A DNA stretch of 56,931 nt from Chromatiales bacterium USCg_Taylor (GTDB taxonomy: Bacteria; Pseudomonadota; Gammaproteobacteria; JACCXJ01): positions 1-56,931 of the forward strand of contig MUGK01000012.1 in assembly GCA_002007425.1 (NCBI GenBank), in the 5' to 3' direction. The notes below the pieces were generated by a model, which was given only the letters and a program-made list of their open reading frames with translations, had not been told where the DNA came from and ran no database searches. Position 1 is the stretch's first letter; each line of letters opens with the position of its first letter. The translations under genes and the position numbers were made by a program. Positions 50,883 through 56,931 of this stretch are shown piece by piece.

Positions 50883-51926
50883 ATGAAACCAGAGGAACAC
50901 GTCATGTCCGATCTGCGACAAACGGCCGAAGCATTAGTCGCTCCCGGCAAGGGAATTCTCGCCATTGACGAAAGCTTCCCGAGCATCAAAAAGCGTTTCG
51001 ACTCCATCCACGTGGTCTCCACGGAAGAAACTCGGCGCGCTTACCGGGATCTGCTTATTACCACGCAAGGGATCGGTGAGTGCGTGAGCGGCATGATCCT
51101 CTTCGATGAGACCTTGCGGCAATCAACCGCCGCCGGGATCCCCTTCGCTAAAGCGCTCTCCGATGCTGGGGTGATCACGGGCATCAAAGTCGATCAAGGC
51201 GCTAAAGACATGTTCTTCCTAGCGGGCGAAAAGATCACCGAAGGTCTCGATGGTCTGCGCGAGCGCTTGATCGAGTACCGGAACCTCGGTGCCCGTTTCG
51301 CCAAGTGGCGGGCGGTGATCACTATAGGCAACGGAATCCCGACCCGCGGTTGCCTCAACGCCAACGCCAGTGCCTTGGCGCGCTATGCCGCGCTCTGCCA
51401 AGAACAAGGGCTCGTGCCCATCGTCGAGCCCGAGGTCCTGATGGACGCTGATAACTCCATCGAGCGCTGCTATGAAGTGACCGAAGCGACTTTACGGCGG
51501 CTGTTCCAGAACCTCTACGAGCAACGCGTGGTCTTGGAGCATCTCATTCTCAAGACCAATATGGTCATCGCGGGGAAGCAGTGCCCGCAGCAAACCAGCG
51601 TCGAGGAGGTCGCCGAGATGAGCGTGCGCTGCTTGTATCAGTCCGTTCCAGCGGCGGTCGCCGGCATTGTGTTCCTCTCCGGAGGGCAGAAGGCCGAACT
51701 CGCCACGGCGCATCTCAACGCGATGAACGCGATGGCCATGAAACATCCCTGGCCCCTCAGCTTCTCGTACGGCCGCGCCCTCCAAGATCCGGCCTTGAAG
51801 ATCTGGGGCGGAAAACCGGACAATGTCCCCGCGGCACAGAAGGCGCTCCACCACCGCGCCAAGTGCAACGGCTTCGCGACGCTGGGGAAATACACACCCG
51901 CGATGGAGCAGCAACTCGCGGCTTGA
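50883..51926 (+). CDS. fba: class I (Schiff-base) fructose-bisphosphate aldolase
   Basis: GKGILAIDESFPSIKKRF, GIKVDQG, ILKTNMV and FLSGGQ are class I aldolase blocks. The start is ATG 50883 or 50904. Confidence 0.9.
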   Translation: MKPEEHVMSDLRQTAEALVAPGKGILAIDESFPSIKKRFDSIHVVSTEETRRAYRDLLITTQGIGECVSGMILFDETLRQSTAAGIPFAKALSDAGVITGIKVDQGAKDMFFLAGEKITEGLDGLRERLIEYRNLGARFAKWRAVITIGNGIPTRGCLNANASALARYAALCQEQGLVPIVEPEVLMDADNSIERCYEVTEATLRRLFQNLYEQRVVLEHLILKTNMVIAGKQCPQQTSVEEVAEMSVRCLYQSVPAAVAGIVFLSGGQKAELATAHLNAMNAMAMKHPWPLSFSYGRALQDPALKIWGGKPDNVPAAQKALHHRAKCNGFATLGKYTPAMEQQLAA

Positions 51927-51942
51927 ACGAGAGCCTACGCCG

Positions 51943-52518
51943 TCACCAGGCACGCGACCAGCGATTACCCTTGTGTTTCTCGTCGCGCAACGAGGCGTCG
52001 AGGCCGGCGCGCGCTTCGATCAGCCGGCCGAACAACCACAAGAGGTCGGAGAGGCGGTTCAAATAGGCCAAAACGGGCGGGTCGATGTGCTCCCCGGAGC
52101 CCATCAGCCGGACCAGATCGCGTTCCGCCCGGCGGCACACGGTGCGCGCCACGTCGAAGGCCGAAGCCGCCGGATGCTCGCCGGGGAGCGACCAATCGGA
52201 GAGCACGCCTTCGATGGCCTCGATGCGGTGGACGTGCCCGGTGAGAATCTCCACCATCTCGGCGCTGACGGGCGGAGGTTTCTTTCTGTTCTCGGCCGGA
52301 GTGGCCACCGCCGCGCCGAGCGCGAAAAGCTCGCGCTGGATCGCCTTGACAAGCTCGCAAACCTCGGCGTCGTCGCAAATCGAGCGCGCGAATCCCATCA
52401 CCGAATTCAGCTCGTCGATGCTCCCGTAGGCTTCCACGCGCGGCTCGCCCTTCGAGACACGATCACCGCCCACCAGGCTCGTTTGTCCGCCGTCACCGTG
52501 TTTAGTCGCGATACTCAT
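51943..52518 (-). CDS. PduO-type ATP:cob(I)alamin adenosyltransferase
   Basis: MSIATKHGDGGQTSLVGGDRVSKGEPRVEAYGSIDELNSVMG...TVCRRAER. ATG 52518 is preferred over the track start at 52542. Confidence 0.85.
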   Translation of the reverse strand: MSIATKHGDGGQTSLVGGDRVSKGEPRVEAYGSIDELNSVMGFARSICDDAEVCELVKAIQRELFALGAAVATPAENRKKPPPVSAEMVEILTGHVHRIEAIEGVLSDWSLPGEHPAASAFDVARTVCRRAERDLVRLMGSGEHIDPPVLAYLNRLSDLLWLFGRLIEARAGLDASLRDEKHKGNRWSRAW

Positions 52519-52599
52519 GCCACCACAAGGCTTGTCACCCACTCTTGAGATATCAGTTTATTATATTTCGAGACTTGGATCTTCCCCCAATATTTCACG

Positions 52600-52746
52600 T
52601 TAGGTTGGCGATGAACGGCCGATAGGTAGCTTGTTGCCGCGCCAACCGATGATGTCCCTGTAGACATCGCCGTCCCTGCGTAATCGAGTCAGTACTTCAG
52701 CAAAGGGTGTAGCGAGAGGATGTTCGTCCACATGGTCAATATTCAT
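52600..52746 (-). CDS. possible 48-codon ORF in low-GC spacer (unassigned)
   Basis: ATG 52746 ... TAA 52600: MNIDHVDEHPLATPFAEVLTRLRRDGDVYRDIIGWRGNKLPIGRSSPT. No recognisable motif and no clear RBS. It may be a gene fragment. Confidence 0.15.
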   Translation of the reverse strand: MNIDHVDEHPLATPFAEVLTRLRRDGDVYRDIIGWRGNKLPIGRSSPT

Positions 52747-52855
52747 AGTAGCATCCCCGCGTAATCAGCTGGCCAAATCACGGCACAACGGTGCAAGGAA
52801 TTACCGGTTGAGAAGTCGGATAGAATTTCCTAGCTCTATCCTTTATCCTTTAATC

Positions 52856-53341
52856 ATGGGTACGATGCTCAGCTTTTGCCAGGGGCTTCCGGAAAGAACC
52901 TTCGGCCCGGGGGAGGTGCTTCTCGCAGAAGGGGGCAAAGACAAAATCCTCTACATCCTGATCGAAGGAGAAGTGGAAGTGCGGAAGGGCGACATTCAAG
53001 TCAATACCCAGTCCGAGCCTGGCGCGATCTTCGGCGAGCTCGCGGTCTTGCTCGACATCCCTCACACAGCGACGGTCAAGACGCTCTCGCCCTCTCGGGC
53101 ACACGTGGTCGAGCGCGCCAGCGACTTCCTCCAGTCACATACGGCTATTGCCTACAAACTTGCAAGGCTCCTTGCCCAGAAATTGCACGGCATTACGACC
53201 TATCTGGTTGACCTGAAGAGGCAGTTCGAGGATCAGCAAGACCACCTCGGCATGGTCGACGAGGTCCTCGATACCTTGCTCCATCAGCAGGTCGAGGAGT
53301 GTACGCCGGGCTCTGATCGCCACCCCGACGCGACTATCTGA
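52856..53341 (+). CDS. single-domain cyclic-nucleotide-binding (CNB) protein with coiled-coil tail; degenerate phosphate-binding cassette
   Basis: FGPGEVLLAEGGKDKILYILIEGEVEV...GAIFGELAVLLDIPHTATVKT has the CNB fold signature, with His where the canonical cassette has Arg. ATG 52856 is preferred over TTG 52808. Confidence 0.8.
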   Translation: MGTMLSFCQGLPERTFGPGEVLLAEGGKDKILYILIEGEVEVRKGDIQVNTQSEPGAIFGELAVLLDIPHTATVKTLSPSRAHVVERASDFLQSHTAIAYKLARLLAQKLHGITTYLVDLKRQFEDQQDHLGMVDEVLDTLLHQQVEECTPGSDRHPDATI

Positions 53342-54107
53342 ACCACGTCGGCAGTTCGGTGAGTTCAGGCACTGGACGCCTGAGGGGCTCATCCAGCTGC
53401 ACAACCTCGGCACCGGCGAGCGAGAACCAGAACGCCCTCCGTTCGTCGGTATCGAAAACGATGTGCGTGGGACACGGGCCGATCTGTCGGCCGGGATTGA
53501 AGACCCACGTGAAACCCAAGCGATCCACCCAGGAGCCGCCCGCGCGGAACGGCGACTCGTGGATATGGCCGGTGAGCACGATGTCCGGCGCGTATTGCTC
53601 AATCCACTGCGCCAGATGGACGTCGCCGAAGTGCTTCTGCCCGCCCCAGCTTGTGGGCGATTTGTCGGGTGGCGCGTGGTAGACCCAGATCCACCGGTCC
53701 TTGGGCTTCTCAGCGTCGCGCGCGAGCTGCGCACCGACCTTCGCGCAGGTCTGTGGGCCGTCCCACCAGGGGCAGATCGTAAACAACGTGCCGTTGACCA
53801 CCAGGCAGTCCTCGTCCGTCGGCACCCCGAACTTGCGTACCTTGGAAATCCACCTTGCGAACTTCTCACCGGCGGCGTTGCGGGCATCCAGATCATGATT
53901 CCCAGAGCACACGATGAGTCGGGTCTTGGCATGGCGTCGCCGCAGGTACGTCAGGGTTACGGCGATCTGGGCCCGGATCTCGACGGTCGAAGAGATGTCG
54001 AGATGGTCCCCCGCGATCACAACGACGTCGAAGGCCTTTGCCTCGTTCAATACCCAGTCGAACTGCTTGAGGGCGTAGTGCAGATCGGAGACGAGGAGCC
54101 ACCTCAT
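53334..54107 (-). CDS. metallophosphoesterase (calcineurin-like; same motif set as class III cNMP phosphodiesterases)
   Basis: Ordered motifs are SDLHY, AGDHLD, SGNHDLD and GHIHESPF. ATG 54107 gives MRWLLVSDLHY. The 3' end overlaps the convergent CNB gene by 8 nt. Confidence 0.8.
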   Translation of the reverse strand: MRWLLVSDLHYALKQFDWVLNEAKAFDVVVIAGDHLDISSTVEIRAQIAVTLTYLRRRHAKTRLIVCSGNHDLDARNAAGEKFARWISKVRKFGVPTDEDCLVVNGTLFTICPWWDGPQTCAKVGAQLARDAEKPKDRWIWVYHAPPDKSPTSWGGQKHFGDVHLAQWIEQYAPDIVLTGHIHESPFRAGGSWVDRLGFTWVFNPGRQIGPCPTHIVFDTDERRAFWFSLAGAEVVQLDEPLRRPVPELTELPTWFR

Positions 54108-54213
54108 ACCTGACCATCCTCCATCATCCACACGTTGGTCGAGAATCTCGCGAGAATAGCCCTTCCTCCAAAGAGACGCAAAAGGGTTCCGTCCGGGCTA
54201 CGTTTGCTGCACC

Positions 54214-54567
54214 TTAATAATCCCGGTATTTGCGCAGGCGTTCCGCCATGGTCCGCATCACCTGCAAGGCGAAGTGCGGGGTCTGCTGCACCAGATACTG
54301 AAAGCGCCGCTCATTGATGGGTACGAGCTTGCAGTCCGTCTTGGCGACCGCCGTCGCGCTGCGCGGCCACTGGTCTATAAGCGCGATCTCACCCAGGCAG
54401 GTACCCGGACCGATGGTATCGATGCATTCGCCATGCACCAGGATGTCCACCTGTCCCTCCTGGACGATGTACATCACGCCTCCTGCCTCCTGTCCTTCGG
54501 AGAAGATAATGGCCCCAGCCTTGAAGGCCTCTATATCCTCTGACTGCCTGAAAAGGTCGGTTTTCAT
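54214..54567 (-). CDS. minimal single-domain cyclic-nucleotide-binding protein (canonical cassette)
   Basis: ATG 54567 is preceded by GGGAGA. 117 aa. FKAGAIIFSEGQEAGGVMYIVQEGQVDI...GTCLGEIALIDQWPRSATAVA carries the Gly-Glu and Arg-Ser-Ala cassette. Confidence 0.85.
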   Translation of the reverse strand: MKTDLFRQSEDIEAFKAGAIIFSEGQEAGGVMYIVQEGQVDILVHGECIDTIGPGTCLGEIALIDQWPRSATAVAKTDCKLVPINERRFQYLVQQTPHFALQVMRTMAERLRKYRDY

Positions 54568-54702
54568 AAGGATCTCCCATAGCTGCGAGTCGTTCGTGTT
54601 CGCTTCGGACCGTGCCCGAAGCGGCGCCGGGTCTTGGTCTGCTCGTCCAGGCTGCGGGTATAGTAATTCTTGCCATGGGAGCCACGAAAATGCAATCAAT
54701 GA

Positions 54703-54900
54703 GTGCATCGTATTCTTCTACGGTCAACGCGGGTCTCGGACGATGACCGCGTGGAATTAGTCGCAGGGGAGAGCATCGATATGGCGCCGATTGGGAGCGA
54801 AGTCAATGAGATAATTTCCGTGGCCTCTTTTCTAGTATCATGCGAGGCTGCCTTTCAACCAACCTCAATGGGGATCATGATGGCCACAAGAGTGTCTTGA
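54703..54900 (+). pseudogene. fragment of a Uma2-family (DUF820) endonuclease
   Basis: SDDDRVELVAGESIDMAPIGSE matches the Uma2 N-terminal block (..ddrvELi.GeivdMaPig..H). The rest of the ORF is unrelated and short. Confidence 0.4.
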
Positions 54901-54990
54901 TAACGGAGTTCCTGAGAGCTGGACCGGGATCACAGTGCTGGCGAGCAAATAGGCTGCGAGTGTTCTGGATTCGTCTTCTTTGCCACTTCC

Positions 54991-56823
54991 ATGGCGCTCC
55001 TCACCCTCCTTGACGCGGAGCTCGCTTACGGACTGCATCCTCTGCTCGATCGCGCCGGCTTCACGGTGCTGGAAGGCGAGCACATCGGCTTCATAGGCCG
55101 CAATGGGACCGGTAAGTCGTCGCTCCTGAAGGTAATCGCCGGACTTGCGGCGCTGGATGACGGCGAGCTCAAGCGCCAGGACGGCCTGCGCGTGGTGCTC
55201 GTCGAGCAGGAGCCTGAACTACCACTCGCCTCGTCCCTGCGCGAAAGCCTCGCCATCCGCGGCGAGCTCAACCACATCCACGACGAGCGCGAGCGTTGGC
55301 GCCTGGAAGCCCGGCTCGTGGAATATCTGCATCGCTTTGGCCTCGATCCGGCGCAAGCGCCCGACACCACTTCAGGCGGCGAATCTAAGCGGGCGACACT
55401 TGCGCTCGCACTCGCGCGCCAACCCGATCTGCTGCTGCTCGATGAGCCGACCAATCATCTCGATATCGACGGCATAACCTTGCTCGAAGACCTGGTGCTG
55501 AAGGGTCCGGCCGCCATCGTCATCACGCACGACCGCGCGTTTCTCGATCGTGTAGCCAATCGCATCGTTGAGCTCGACCGCGGGCTGCTGCGCTCCTACC
55601 CCGGCAACTTTGCGGCGTACGAGCGCCGCAAGGCCGATCAGCTCGCAACCGAAAGCATCGCCCATCGGAAGTTCGACAAGTTCTGGGCGCAAGAAGAGGT
55701 GTGGATCCGCGGAGGCATCAAGGCACGCCGTACCCGCAACGAAGGCCGCGTGCGCCGGCTCGAACAACTGCGTCGCGAGCGCGCGGCCCGGCGCGAGCGT
55801 CTCGGCAACCTCAAACTCACGCTTGCCGCGGGCGAGCGCTCGGGCAAGCTGGTGGCGGAACTGGCCGGCGTCAGCAAACGCTTCGGCGCGAGAACGATCG
55901 TTCAGGACCTGTCGCTGCATATCCAGCGGGGCGATCGCTTGGGACTCATTGGACCGAACGGTGCCGGCAAATCCACCCTGCTCAAGCTCATCCTCGGCCG
56001 ATTGACACCGGACGCCGGCGAAGTGAGGCTCGGCATCAATCTACAGGTGGCGTACTTCGATCAGATGCGGGAGCAGCTCGACCCCGAGCGCACGCTGCTC
56101 GACAGCATCAGCCCGGGCTCCGACTGGGTGCAGATCGGCGCCCAACGGAAGCACGTGATGACTTACCTCGCCGATTTTCTGTTTCCGGCGCAGCGCGCCC
56201 AGGCACCCGTGAAAATGCTCTCCGGCGGTGAGCGCAACCGCTTGCTGCTCGCGCGCCTCTTCGCACGTCCCGCCAACGTGCTGGTGCTCGACGAACCGAC
56301 CAACGACCTAGACATCGAATCGCTCGAGCTGCTCGAAGACACGCTGCAGAGCTACCCCGGGACGCTGCTCCTTGTGAGTCACGACCGCGCCTTTCTCGAC
56401 AACGTGGTTACGCAAACGCTCGTGGCCGAGCGCAACGGCAAGTGGCAGGAATACGCCGGCGGCTACAGCGATTGGCTCAGCCAGCGGCCCGTGCCCCCCG
56501 CTTCCTCTCCGGCCCTAGCGGGAGAGGGTCGGGAGAGAGCCAGGGTGAGGCCGAATACCTCACGCGTCAAGCTGAGCTACAAAGAGGCCCGCGACCTCGA
56601 ACAGCTCCCTGCCGAGATCGAAGCGCTCGAGCGCGAGCAGCACGAACTTACCGCGGGTATGAGTCGCGCGGATTACCACAAGCGAGGCGCCGAACAGATC
56701 AAGGCCGATCGCAAGCGGACCGAAGAGATCGAACAGCAACTGGCGGAAAGGTTCGAGCGGTGGACGAAGCTCGACGATAAGGCTGCGCGAAGTGAGGGGC
56801 AACGGGGTTACGGCCGTTTTTGA
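54991..56823 (+). CDS. uup: ABC-F family ATPase, Uup-like
   Basis: Two NBDs (GRNGTGKSSLL / LLLLDEPTNHLD and GPNGAGKSTLL / LSGGERNRLLLA / VLVLDEPTNDLD). The inter-domain linker QEEVWIRGGIKARRTRNEGRVRRLE and the C-terminal coiled coil are also present. Confidence 0.9.
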   Translation: MALLTLLDAELAYGLHPLLDRAGFTVLEGEHIGFIGRNGTGKSSLLKVIAGLAALDDGELKRQDGLRVVLVEQEPELPLASSLRESLAIRGELNHIHDERERWRLEARLVEYLHRFGLDPAQAPDTTSGGESKRATLALALARQPDLLLLDEPTNHLDIDGITLLEDLVLKGPAAIVITHDRAFLDRVANRIVELDRGLLRSYPGNFAAYERRKADQLATESIAHRKFDKFWAQEEVWIRGGIKARRTRNEGRVRRLEQLRRERAARRERLGNLKLTLAAGERSGKLVAELAGVSKRFGARTIVQDLSLHIQRGDRLGLIGPNGAGKSTLLKLILGRLTPDAGEVRLGINLQVAYFDQMREQLDPERTLLDSISPGSDWVQIGAQRKHVMTYLADFLFPAQRAQAPVKMLSGGERNRLLLARLFARPANVLVLDEPTNDLDIESLELLEDTLQSYPGTLLLVSHDRAFLDNVVTQTLVAERNGKWQEYAGGYSDWLSQRPVPPASSPALAGEGRERARVRPNTSRVKLSYKEARDLEQLPAEIEALEREQHELTAGMSRADYHKRGAEQIKADRKRTEEIEQQLAERFERWTKLDDKAARSEGQRGYGRF

Positions 56824-56931
56824 GACCGCTTCTAAGGAAGCTCTGCAAAAGTGTCGCGAGCAAGCCCAGATGCGCGAAGCCGCGGAGCGAGTCGCGAGAC
56901 ATATCAGGTAGATAGGCGAGCGACGCGCGAG

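Noticed and set aside
50883-51926. A class I aldolase, rather than class II, at the end of the gap-pgk-pyk cluster was considered as an anomaly.
   Set aside because: Class I FBA in this position is known in some gammaproteobacterial lineages (for example Xanthomonas-like clusters), so it is not unusual on its own.
55150-55350. The first NBD of Uup seems about 25-30 residues shorter between Walker A and the signature motif than my recollection of E. coli Uup. I considered it another internal deletion.
   Set aside because: This region is a variable helical insert in ABC-F proteins. All catalytic motifs are intact and in frame, so there is not enough evidence for a lesion.
1-56931. Scan for CRISPR arrays, rRNA genes, additional tRNAs, tmRNA or RNase P, prophage or integron structures, and known defence-system gene sets.
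   Set aside because: No regularly spaced direct repeats, no rRNA-like sequence and no tRNA beyond tRNA-fMet were recognised by eye. No phage structural genes, integrase plus attachment-site pairs or canonical defence genes were seen. XerD is the housekeeping recombinase.

Overview
GC-rich proteobacterial (gammaproteobacterium-like) chromosomal segment. Most of it is conserved housekeeping synteny. The blocks are prmB-htpG and mutS-fdxA, then nth, rlmI and an RnfB-like ferredoxin, then nagZ. LPS-core genes waaA-hldD-hldE follow, then dsbC and xerD. The translation operons rplS-trmD-rimM-rpsP and pnp-rpsO-truB-rbfA-infB-nusA-rimP are headed by an initiator tRNA-fMet. The remaining core blocks are the methyl-cycle operon metK-ahcY-metF, the glycolytic cluster gap-pgk-pyk-fba, a PduO-type adenosyltransferase and uup. 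Four accessory patches interrupt this core. (1) 1-4340 is an islet scarred by fragments of IS110, IS91 and RAYT-type transposases; it carries REP-like hairpins, a receiver-like/AraC regulator and a secreted protein. (2) 10445-13410 is a DUF4124 / Ser-Thr kinase / PP2C phosphatase / double-FHA operon, with a second orphan kinase at 25958. (3) 38700-43204 holds a fused AmmeMemoRadiSam B-A protein, a ParE/RHH toxin-antitoxin pair, a broken galE, an ExeA-like ATPase and a response-regulator stub. (4) 52543-54990 is a lower-GC islet with two single-domain cyclic-nucleotide-binding proteins flanking a metallophosphoesterase. A recurring oddity is short internal deletions that remove the most conserved motifs of otherwise recognisable genes: waaA, galE, pyk (twice, in frame) and all but the 3' end of tkt. 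This points to either gene decay or an assembly artefact. No rRNA genes or CRISPR arrays were seen. All calls come from reading motifs by eye, with no database search.
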